Assembly: GCA_001643675.2 (NCBI GenBank) | Contig: LSRY02000030.1 | Coordinates: forward strand, 434,001-498,000 | Source of the DNA: Monocercomonoides exilis PA203 | Taxonomy: Eukaryota > Protista > Preaxostyla | Direction: 5' to 3' | DNA length: 64,000 nucleotides | Shown: one piece after another, positions 1 to 11,197 of the stretch | Layout: each line of letters begins with the position of its first letter | Position numbering within the stretch: the stretch's first letter is position 1 | The notes under the pieces: model-generated | The model's input: only the letters and a program-made list of their open reading frames with translations | Database searches by the model: none | Told to the model about the DNA's origin: nothing | Translations under genes and position numbers: made by a program

Positions 1-318
1 GGAGAGTATGAAGGGGAAGTGGCTGGGCAGAAGATTGTGAATGGGGAGAGGCCAGGGATGGGAGAGGCGGAGCAGTCGAGCTATCTGGGGCTGGTGAAGA
101 AGTGTGTGTCGCAGGATTGGAGAGAGCGGGGGAGCCTGAATGAGTTGAAGAGAGAGTTCATCCAGCGGTTTCCGGCAGGATCGTTGATAATGACGATGAC
201 AGATGCGCTGTGCTGCTATTCGGCAGATGGGAACAAGAAGGAGCCCTCTTGTGGAAGTGGGAACGGAAACGGAGAAGGAACAGAAGGAAGCAGTCGGATT
301 GTTCTTCTTGTGCAGTGA
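1..318 (+). CDS. 3' end of a giant receptor-like pseudokinase family gene (5' part outside the window); inverted copy of the gene at 10880-20098
   Basis: The translation (..VAGQKIVNGERPG..SSRIVLLVQ*) is identical to the C-terminus of the 3072-aa ORF. The DNA is the reverse complement of 10880-11197. Confidence 0.85.
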   Translation, partial: GEYEGEVAGQKIVNGERPGMGEAEQSSYLGLVKKCVSQDWRERGSLNELKREFIQRFPAGSLIMTMTDALCCYSADGNKKEPSCGSGNGNGEGTEGSSRIVLLVQ

Positions 319-481
319 TCAAGAGAAGATGGCGAGCCATGCAGTGTATTTTATAAACAGAAAAAAAAATTGGACAAGTGATATTGTTGTTGTTGCTTGA
401 GAGTGCTGTTGTGTCTTTTTGAATTTTTTTAAGCTGATTTTCAATTCTATGAGTTTTTGTTTTTTATTCAAAATTCTTGTT

Positions 482-556
482 TATATGCTTATGTGTATGT
501 TTATATGTATGTTTATATGTATGTTTATATGTATGTTTATATGTATGTTTATATGT
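482..556 (+). repeat. 12-bp tandem repeat (TATGTTTATATG)n downstream of the receptor-like gene; mirrored at ~10642-10716
   Basis: About 5-6 directly visible units. Confidence 0.9.
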
Positions 557-1565
557 GTGTTAGTGTAGTGATAGTTGGCTGTGTTTGGGATAAAAGTCTT
601 TGTGTCTTATGTTTTGCTTGTTCCCCATCATCACTTCAGTTTGTTTCCTTTTCTTTTCAATGAATATTCGGAAAGAAGAATATGGAGTGTATTTTATAAA
701 TCGGATCAGGCGGACAATGCACGCAGCTCCATTGGCAAGGCAACAACGAAGCCGAAGAATGCTCAACAATTTGCAGAATGACAAAGACAGGCAATGAAGT
801 TAACAAACGAAGAGAAAGTTGTCTTAAGCAACAGAAAATGGATCTTCTTTGAAGTGAGCTGAATATGTTCCGACTGAAAAAAAAAATAGTTTTTCAAAAA
901 CAAATAATTGACGTACAGATTTTCCAGAAATTGTATCAATCATTTTATTTTTCAAATGGAAAATTATTATCTATAAACAATTTTTTAGGCAACAGCAGAA
1001 CTGAACAAACAGATTATTAAAAATCTTATTGCGGAGCAGGACACATTGATGAACCAATTGCAACAACACTTCCACTCTGAACTGAAATGTTATTATCCCT
1101 CTGTAATTGTTGCACTCACCTCCATCCCCCTTTCTTCTTTCTCTTCTTTTCCATTTTCAACCAGTCCTGACAAAAATAAAGATTCGGAAAATTTGAAAGT
1201 CATTTCATCATTTTTCTCAGTTTTTTTGTTCAAGGATTTTCTCAAAATTATATGTTTCTCGCAATAGTTAGAAATAATTAATGAATCCCTTCTTATACAA
1301 ATAATGAAAGATGAGCATAATTCAGATTAACCAAATGTTTGTTCAGAATGGAACAAATAAGGTTTCAGTTATTCAGTTGATGATTGGAATCATTGGCATT
1401 GGAAATTCTTCGATATCTTCATTTCTTTTGCAACAAGGAATTGAAATATTATTCAACTTTCCAAATAAAATCATACGCTTGAATTTGGTTTTTTCTGTGA
1501 ATTTACTGAGTTCTTGAGAATAAACCTCAGCAAATATTCAATGTGGAAATATTTCCTATTCAATA

Positions 1566-3866
1566 GGGTGATTTCAAACCCCGAATATTTATTTCCAAAT
1601 AAATTAGTTTTATCAATGCACTATTCATATTTTATTAATTGTTTTGAGTATATAAAGAAAAGTCAAAGATAATATATATTCCTGTTATTGTGTGATGAAA
1701 AAAAATATTTTTTCAACAATTTGTGTCGAAGAAAACAAACGTTGAATTATTTTGAAGAATTGACACACATCTGTGAAATATTTGAAAATTGTTTTTTTAA
1801 ATTTTTGTCTGATAAATTTTAATATAGTGTGGTTTTTTTATACGGACATTTTTTTATCCGGACAAAAATTTTTATTATGAATCACTTCTTCCCGCTTTCT
1901 GGATATTTTATCATAATTTTGATATATAAGGAAAAGTCAACAGTCAGATATTTTGATCATTTAACTTTACTTAATCTCTGATGGGGGTAGATGGGGGTGT
2001 TCGCTCCTCCATCTCTGATTTGTGCCTCCCCCGAGAAGATTAGGTGATTGCAAGGGGACTTATGATATTCGTATTAGATCGAAAAATTATTTTGATATTT
2101 TTTTATATAAAAATCTTTTTTTCAAGATAATAAATACAACATCATGACCAAAAAAATTTTGAAATAAGTGTTGTGGAAAACAAAAAATTCCAAGGATTAT
2201 AGAAAAAAAGAAGTGAGATGAGATTCTTTCTTTATCGCTATACTGAAAGAAGATAAGAACATGTGTCAACAATTATCGCTAATGGAGAAGCTCTGGTTGT
2301 TGCTGCTGCAAACATGAAGAATTTCATTCGCTCTGCAATTGATCGAGCAATTTCAGCTGAAGAAAAAGGAAAATAGGCAAGGAAAAATGGAAAATCAGAA
2401 TTATTCAAGCGTGAAGAAAAGGAAAAGATATTTGGAAATTGAGAATAGAATGTGAAAGTGTGACAAGTTTCAATACTGAGCAAATGATGAAATAAGTTTG
2501 CAACAAATTTTTCAAAATGTTGTTTTTATGAATATTTTATTCTTTTTGATGAACGCTGTTATCAATGATAGGAAAAAAGACGACTTCGATGAAGAAGATG
2601 AAGAAGTGAACATTTCGAAAGGATATCCCGATCAATACACCAAACGGAAACTCGAACATAAAGCTTCTCATCCTCGAAATGTTGACATCCAAAGGCTCTC
2701 TGCATCAAATCAGCATACTCTTCTTCCATTTTTCTCTCTTCATCAAAACCTTCATGATCAACATCATTATTTTAACTCTATCATCTTCAATATTGATGAA
2801 TCTTTTCTTCGACTCTCTGATTTTTTCTCTTCTCTTGTTTTCCATCCTTCCGACATGCCGCCGGTTTCTTTAAAACACCGATGAATATGCCAAATGCAAC
2901 TCTTGTCGATGCAGCTGCAGCTGATGGCTTCTCCCTTAAAAGGATCATTCTGTGGCCTTGTAGGATATTACAAGATGAACTTAACCAAGGATGCAGTTTT
3001 CAGTTAAATGTTTTGGAAGAAAATGAAGGCTGGATGACTGAAGAACTATTCTCAAACACGCTGAAAAAATGTTGCTTCCAGGAATCAATCAAAGAATAGA
3101 AGCTTTGAAGAAGAGTGATGAACATTGCCTTCTCCTTCTTGATACGCATTCTTCGAGAGCGCAGCCTGACTTGTGGATGAAGTTTGCTGATTCTTCGATA
3201 GATGTCATCACCTTCGTGCCCCACACCACTCACATCGCACAGCCTTTGGATCGTGGAGTGTTTGCTGTTTTCAAAAAGACAATAAACGCTAATTATGAAG
3301 CACCTTCTTCTTCTTCTTCTGTTGTTTTGCGACGAGAAGCGCTAGCTGATGTGCTTCCACAAGCCTTACAAACTTCTTTGTTGCCTTCTACAATCAAATC
3401 ATCATTTGCGAAGAGCGGAGTTCTGTCACATCAGTGGCATGAAGTGTTAGCCAAGCTTCCAAAAGAACCTTCCGTCACTCTGAAGAAAAGAACAAAAAGA
3501 TTTGATTATTTTGGAAAATTTATTACCGATAAAGAATTTTTAATTGAATGGAAAAAAGAAAAGGATGATAGAAAAGAGTCAAAAAATGAAGAAAAAGAAA
3601 ATGAAGAAACAAAAAAGGCTTTGTTTGAAGATGAAAAACCGAAAAAAAGAAAAATCAACCCATTGAAAAATTTAAATGATGATTTTTCTGATGATGAAAA
3701 AAAAAAGAAAGAAATACTTGAAAAATTGTAAAAATGAGAGCTTGTTGATTATATTGATTATTAATATTTTTTTCTAAAAAACGAAATCAGCACACAATAC
3801 ACAAAAGAAATTTTTTTTATTTATTGTTAGTGTTTTCAAAAAAATATTCGGGTTAACAAATCACCC
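1566..3866 (+). mobile_element. Decayed pogo/Tigger-like (Tc1-mariner superfamily, DDE_1) DNA transposon, 2.3 kb
   Basis: Left TIR GGGTGATTTCAAACCCCGAATATTT vs right TIR (revcomp) GGGTGATTTGTTAACCCGAATATTT. TA flanks both ends (1564-1565, 3867-3868). Contains an internal transposase pseudogene. Confidence 0.88.
2218..3731 (+). pseudogene. Frameshifted DDE_1 (pogo/CENP-B-like) transposase
   Basis: Motifs in successive frames: IFNIDES, NATLV, GWMTEELF, LLLLDTHSSR, VPHTTHIAQPLDRGVFAVFKK. Several frameshifts and stops. Confidence 0.88.
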
Positions 3867-4410
3867 TATATTACGCGTTAAATGCAAAAATGGATAAACT
3901 GATTTCTTCATTTTTTCTATTATTGATTCTCCTTTAATGAATGCTTCATCAAAAGTTTAAAAATACACTGAGAGCTTCCTTGTGTAATGAAAACAAACCA
4001 AATCAACTTGTTTGTTTAACAAGATCCAACAAATTATTTCTCGGTGAGTTTTTTGAGGAAACTTGTGAGAAGCATTCTTGCGGAAAAAATATCAGATCGT
4101 GGCATTTTATATTCGTTGATGTGAAAGTCCAAATGGGTGATTATTTATGGGATCATTTAAATGGACTTTTCAAATGCGATAGATGGAATTTGTTAAAAAA
4201 AGGTAATTTGTTGAAACAAAAATATTTTAGAGAATAATAAATGGTATTTTATTAAAAACTCCATTTATTTAATTCTGTCCCACAATAAATAAAAAAAAGT
4301 TGATCATTCCTTTCCTATCATTCATTTTTGTTAATATTGCATTTGTATTTATTTCACATATCATCGTAGATGAAGTTTCAAGAAGATCGATATTTCATAA
4401 ACTATTAACT

Positions 4411-4805
4411 ACAGTTTGTGCAAACAATACCAGTTTGCAAAAAATACCGGATAAGATCGATTTCTCAATAACCGCAAGAAGAAAAATTCTGTTTAATTTA
4501 CTCAAAATATATCTCATGAATACAAACTCACGTGGCATACAAGACTTTCAAATTAACCTCATTTGTGCTCAGAAAAAAATTATTTGTAAAATCTCGAATC
4601 AATTGGATATTGAGTTTCTTCGAGATTTCAATCATTAATTTTTCTGTGCACAAATGAAGCTATTTTGAAAGTCTCGTTTATCAATTGAGTTTTTATTATT
4701 GAGATGTATTTTGAGGAAAATTGTCAGAATTTTTCTTCTTGCGGTTATTGATAAATCGATCTTGTCCTGTGTTTTTTGTGGACCGGTATTATTTGCACAA
4801 ACTGT
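4411..4805. repeat. ~400-bp imperfect palindrome (old foldback/MITE-like element), centre ~4608
   Basis: ACAGTTTGTGCAAA..TCAATAACCGCAAGAAGAAAAATTCTG..AGACTTTCAAA..ATCTCGAA is mirrored on the right with scattered mismatches. Confidence 0.85.
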
Positions 4806-5589
4806 GACTTTTTATTTTTGTTCGAAAAAATAATCTTTTTGTTGTTATTTGTGTCAAACAATTATTTTCATAAATATTGACCTTTTTTGTTTCATGAATT
4901 TGAACAGACATTTTGAATTTTTTAACAATTATTAACATTTCAACATTTCAATGAGTTGAAAAAACGAAAAGGTGAAAAATCGTTAATCTTGTATAATTTT
5001 TTGAAAGTTAATAATTATGAAAATATAGAAGGAATGAAACATATGAATGAAAACCATTTTCAAGTATTTGAACAAATTTATTGATCACATATGTTTTTTA
5101 ATAAAAAAATTAATATTATCTGCAATTAAAACATCAAAAGGCTTGAAATCAAAAACTCAAAAAAATATTTATCATTTTTTGAATCAAATCATGAATTGCA
5201 TTATTTTGTTGAGGTTATTTTCCTTTTTCTTTTTTGTTCATCTTATTCTAATTACACTCGTTCTCTTTCAAAGAATTTTAAAAAAAGGAGCAAATGCTTC
5301 TCTAATCTTGATGATGCATAATCTTTTTTTTTACATATTATAATGTTACATGCATGATAGAGAGAAGAGGAAGAGGAGGAAGAGGAGGAGGAAGATGAGG
5401 AAGATGAGGCAGATAAGGTAGAAGATACAGGAGAGGTAGTTATGGGTGTGTTCAAAAGAACGAGATAGAAGACGGAGATGGAAAGGGTGAAGATTGAGAA
5501 TGTGGAGAAGATATAGAGAAAGAAGGGATTTGTCGTATGGTTGCAGGAGAAAAAGGGTGAAGCGGTGGAGATGAAGTGGGATACTCACT

Positions 5590-8500
5590 TCAACCGATGC
5601 TGTTACAGACAATGTTATTATAGATGTTGTTGATGTTGTTGATATTGTTGATATTGTTGTTATTATTGGAGTTGTTGTAGCTAACAGAAGGTGGAATTTC
5701 AGTTTTCACGAAAGGAACAGTCGGATAAGCGCGAGAAAGAAGCACACCGAAGTTACTGAGTGAAGCTGGTTCAGGATGTGTATGGAAATAAACAGAAGAA
5801 GAAGAAGAAGAAGAAGAAGAGAAAGAACCAGAAGAAGAAGCAGAAGAAGTGACAGCCGAAGAAGAAGCATTCGACGATGATGCCGAGCGATTAGCATCGT
5901 TGCCAAAGGGATCATAAGAGACAGATAAGCTGTTCTGTACTGAATATTGACTAGCCGCGCCTGCAAGAGATGTCTTTCTTAACATTTCAGATTCATAAAA
6001 CAGATTCTGGCTGGACGAGACGTAGTCGAAATCATAAGACAAGCTGTAAGATGTGATACGCTCAGAGAAGTTGCTGGAGGTTGAAAGATTCGTACTGGAA
6101 TGCGAATAACCTAATCCACTACCACTTCCACTACTATCACCACCACCTCCTATTATTCTCTCGTTGCTCAAGATCTCATTTGTGGAGCGTGCATAAGTGA
6201 TTGGATGTCCATCACAGCAGTCAATGAAGCACTTCAATTCATGCGTCGATTCCTCAATGAGGGGCGCAGACAAAGTTAGAGCAACAAGCTTCTGCTGATG
6301 GATGATGCTCATAAAAGAACGCAGCTAGTAGATGAAACGAGAAGAGGTAGCTGTTGCTGTGGAGCGTGTGTCGCAGAAGTGAGAAGAAGATGAAGAGGAG
6401 GAAGAAGAAGACGAGGAGGAAGATGAATATGACTGTGGATGGATCACAATTTCAGATGTCTGGCTGCTAGTGGTGGTGATGCTGGGAGAGCGGGTGATAG
6501 CTGGAGAATGCGAAGAAGCCAGCTATAAAGGAGCTGTTGCTGCAGCCACTGCTGCTGCTGATGATGCTGATATTGAGACTGATGCTGTATCGGACAGTTG
6601 CTTCGCAGACGACGTGCTTTCTAGGTGCAGCACAGTTTCTGCATCTGTTTCGAAGGTTTTTTCACTGATGGCATCAACCTCGTGTTCTCTCCAACTCTGG
6701 GATCAACCTCAGTGATGGCATCCTGTGGCTTATTGCCATTGGGTTCGCGGATGAGTCACTTTTGATGGAACAAGTGTGGTCGAATGAAGAAGTCACAATG
6801 AATGTGAGCGGGTCCGGGTGATTTGAGAGTGGGATGCGGTTCTTTCTGATCTCGCGGATGACGTAGTCCCTCAAAAACAGCATCTTTATCTGCAGATTGA
6901 AAAGGTTTGTGAGCACATACACACAACACGTGAACATCGCATCCCCAAGCACTGTGCGCATCTGATGATTGAGCGAAGACAAGCCAGCAAAAAGGCTCTC
7001 AAGAAGCTTGTTCAGAGAATAAGACAGCTCTTCTGCACGAATGAGAATCGTCTTTTCCCTCTGAACCGCCTCTTCCGTCGCACACTTGCTCTTTGCGATG
7101 GTTGCGATGTGCCTCCGGATCTGCGCCCCTTCGTTCTCCATCTGCGCAATCAGGTCAGGACAATTCTCCCTCAAGCTCTCTTTGATCACAAGTGTATACG
7201 ACAGCTCATCCTTCCTCCTATCCACCTTGTCAAACGTCGCTGAGTGGATCACCATGAAGTATTGATTCTTCAGCCAGCGGGACAGCAGCCGAGCGGTTGA
7301 TGGCAGCTCGGGGAGTTTGTGATAGCACACTTCAGTGTCCAGCCGCATGTTCACATCTTTCGCTGTCGCCAGGGAGACAGAGAGTTAATCCACATTCCAC
7401 ATCATGTGGATCATCTCCACTATTGGAATGTACCGAGACTGCTCAATGAGGATGCGGTAGCGTATCACAAGCAGGATGCACAGGTTGCTCAGCCACTTCA
7501 CATACACGTTGCGCGGAACCGACGCACGGAAAGTGGTAGTGATGGTGGGGATGACAGGCTGAAGTGTATTTATCGACTGCTTCACTGTGCCGATGAGCAG
7601 CTGTTCCTCCATCGCTGGCTTCCCAGGTAAATCTAAATGTGACATCTCCTCAATCCTCTCCGGTTCTGCACTCAGCACATCCATCTGCCTCTGTGTTGTC
7701 TCAACCGTCCTCCTGATCAACGAATCTTTCTGCTCCAAGAGATCTATCGCATTTTGGTTCTGAAGTGAAGTCTGCGTCTGGGACATGAGCTGCTGGAGGA
7801 GGTTTGTGTGTGTCTGGAGCTGCTCAATGATCAAAATTGTCGACTCACACGATGCAATCTGCTGCTGCATCGCACTGATGCTGTACATCAGCGCACTGCC
7901 TAGAAGTCCACAAATACCACAGTCTCTGAGTGTGAATAGTTCTCTATGAAGAATGAGCCAGATATCGTGTACCGCCCTGTGTCCCCCACGTCGTGCTCTT
8001 CGAACTGTGTGTCTGTGATAAGTTAGCTGTTTGTCTGTAGATGTTTGCCAGCGCATTCACAATCGCCTGCCTGATCGATTTCGTCTTTGCACATTGAACC
8101 TGCGCAGAATCAGGCATTGAACCAGAAGAGGCAAGGTGATATGGAACATTTATCTGCCCAGCTGTACTGGAAAACGGAAAAGTTTGTGCAAATGAAGATA
8201 GAAGCGGAGAAGAGGCAGGCAAGACAGTTGTTCCATGCCCACCGTCACCACTTCCTCCTCCTCAGCTGCTTCCACTGTAACTTATGCTGCTGCTGCTGCC
8301 TTTTTCGCTATCTGTGCTATTTTCCTGTGCTGATGCTGAAGTTGCAAGTTGGTGCATCACATCCTCCTGAACAAGTGTGGGGATGATCATCGAGTAAAAT
8401 GGGCTGAGTCAGTTCGACGAAATATGTTTGAGGATCTCTTGGTTCATCTGCTGTGCGTTGATCACATTCGCCTCACATATGAACAGCGACAGCTGGCTGT

Positions 8501-9065
8501 TCATGTGTGTGTAATCTTCCTTGTTGATGTTGATGACCAGCCTTGATATCTTGTTCATCCGTTCAACCAATGTGTCTATGTCTGTCCCATAAACAGAATC
8601 CACCCTTTCTTCTGCAAGATCCACGCTATCCTACCAAAAATATACACTGTACAACTCTGAGAGTTCACTGATTGGAATTCTTTTCCTTGACCGAAATAAA
8701 TCGGCTCGATCTTCTGGAACATCAGGCCTCGCTTCTTCTGCGAGGAGCAGCTGAACATGTTCGAATGATATGCAGTGCTGATTCAGTTCTGACGTGTTGC
8801 TGAAGGAAACAACCAGAAAGCCTTCTAAATTGGGTGGATTGACAGCTGAGTGTGGGCGATAAGAGATAAGGGCAGGAGATGGAGCTATTTGTGTTTGTGG
8901 GGTGCAGTGGTTGTTGAGTGCCCTAGGCGATTTCTGTAATTGGGCGAGCTTTCGTTGTGCTGATTGGTCACACTGAAGAAGAAGAAGAAGAAGAAGAAGA
9001 AGAAACCGCATGATGTGAAAAAATTCCGTTTGAAATGGATTGTCCCTGGGAATGGTGCTCAACAT
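5590..9065 (-). pseudogene. Fragmented, highly divergent dynein-heavy-chain-like coding region (AAA4 end, stalk/MTBD, start of AAA5) with Ser-rich inserts
   Basis: Collinear ORF pieces with dynein-like motifs: FLVVSFS..FRSRKR..CTVYIF; a Gln-rich coiled coil; STARLLSRWLK; VLGDAMFTCCVYVLTNLF..NRIPLSNHPDPLTFI. Frame changes lack AT-rich introns. The family assignment rests on remembered motifs only. Confidence 0.45.
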
Positions 9066-9931
9066 AAAAAACGCTGTTCATTGTAATGGAAATAAAAAGA
9101 TATAAAAAAAAATAATTAGTTTTGCATTGATAATTATAATTCCTCAAAAGAACACATTCACACTCCCAATCGCAAAAACAGAAGATTGTCCAATCACTGA
9201 TGCTGCCATTCTCCTTTCTCCATCATCCTTTTTTTCCCACATAAATATCCTGCTTTCGATGTTGTCATTCATTTTTTTCCAGAAAAAATATCTCCGAAAT
9301 CTGTTCTTTCCAATAACTTTCCAATTGTTATCATTCCTTTTCGCTATCATCAAAATGCTTCTCCATCGGATTGATTTTTCAGAACCTGTCAACGACGCAG
9401 ATACACTGGGATGAAGAAATTGCTCATATCGAGAGCACACTCCTGATATCGATCGTGAATGATTCGCATAGAAGAAAACTTGTCCCTCAATATGCAGTGT
9501 GTGATGATTAGGATTGCTATGCAAATACAACAGAAGAGCGGGAGGCAGAGTACTGCACAAGCAGTTTTCTTTTCCACGCCTCGTGGAAGCGAGAGTGGTT
9601 TTTCTTTCTGCTCCGATCAGAATACTCGCCTCACCGGATCCCTGCACTGACTTCAGGAGACAGCTCCGAGGGGCAATGTCCCCTGCACTCTGGTCTTCGT
9701 GACCGTGGAAAAGGCGAAGTCGGTGGTGAAGTGAAGCGGACAGTGCATTATTTAATTAGACAATTTTTCATGTTATTGTTTTGCATTTTTTCTCTCCCTT
9801 TTTCCACGTCATTTGGGAGGGCGAAGTTTTTCACTCAAGCCACTCATAAATCATGATCAATACTCATTTTCTCGAAGCAAATCCTGACTCGCTGCGTTCT
9901 ATCAAGAGTTGATTGACATTTTCCTACAAAA

Positions 9932-11197
9932 TATTGTGAAAAACATATAATTTTGAGAAAATCCTTGAACAAAAAAACTGAGAAAAATGATGAAATGACT
10001 TTCAAATTTTCCGAATCTTTATTTTTGTCAGGACTGGTTGAAAATGGAAAAGAAGAGAAAGAAGAAAGGGGGATGGAGGTGAGTGCAACAATTACAGAGG
10101 GATAATAACATTTCAGTTCAGAGTGGAAGTGTTGTTGCAATTGGTTCATCAATGTGTCCTGCTCCGCAATAAGATTTTTAATAATCTGTTTGTTCAGTTC
10201 TGCTGTTGCCTAAAAAATTGTTTATAGATAATAATTTTCCATTTGAAAAATAAAATGATTGATACAATTTCTGGAAAATCTGTACGTCAATTATTTGTTT
10301 TTGAAAAACTATTTTTTTTTTCAGTCGGAACATATTCAGCTCACTTCAAAGAAGATCCATTTTCTGTTGCTTAAGACAACTTTCTCTTCGTTTGTTAACT
10401 TCATTGCCTGTCTTTGTCATTCTGCAAATTGTTGAGCATTCTTCGGCTTCGTTGTTGCCTTGCCAATGGAGCTGCGTGCATTGTCCGCCTGATCCGATTT
10501 ATAAAATACACTCCATATTCTTCTTTCCGAATATTCATTGAAAAGAAAAGGAAACAAACTGAAGTGATGATGGGGAACAAGCAAAACATAAGACACAAAG
10601 ACTTTTATCCCAAACACAGCCAACTATCACTACACTAACACACATATAAACATACATATAAACATACATATAAACATACATATAAACATACATATAAACA
10701 TACACATAAGCATATAAACAAGAATTTTGAATAAAAAACAAAAACTCATAGAATTGAAAATCAGCTTAAAAAAATTCAAAAAGACACAACAGCACTCTCA
10801 AGCAACAACAACAATATCACTTGTCCAATTTTTTTTTCTGTTTATAAAATACACTGCATGGCTCGCCATCTTCTCTTGATCACTGCACAAGAAGAACAAT
10901 CCGACTGCTTCCTTCTGTTCCTTCTCCGTTTCCGTTCCCACTTCCACAAGAGGGCTCCTTCTTGTTCCCATCTGCCGAATAGCAGCACAGCGCATCTGTC
11001 ATCGTCATTATCAACGATCCTGCCGGAAACCGCTGGATGAACTCTCTCTTCAACTCATTCAGGCTCCCCCGCTCTCTCCAATCCTGCGACACACACTTCT
11101 TCACCAGCCCCAGATAGCTCGACTGCTCCGCCTCTCCCATCCCTGGCCTCTCCCCATTCACAATCTTCTGCCCAGCCACTTCCCCTTCATACTCTCC
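9932..11197. repeat. Right arm of the long inverted repeat (partner 1-1266)
   Basis: Reverse complement of 1-1266, including the gene 3' end, the 12-bp tandem repeat and ~950 bp of downstream DNA. Confidence 0.95.

Larger units (their letters stand above)
1..1266. repeat. Left arm of a long inverted repeat (partner 9932-11197)
   Basis: Position x pairs with 11198-x, and the ORF track is mirrored. The only mismatches noticed are two in the last ~10 bp. The arm runs off the window edge. Confidence 0.95.

Noticed and set aside
3880-4250. Possible IS1-like transposase remnant (QIVAFYIR, LWDHL..CDRW)
   Set aside because: Only weak motif resemblance across different frames; no termini found.
9144-9750. 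GC-richer segment with a 167-aa ORF; considered as ncRNA or gene
   Set aside because: No tRNA/snRNA signature or protein motif recognised; probably a decayed gene fragment.
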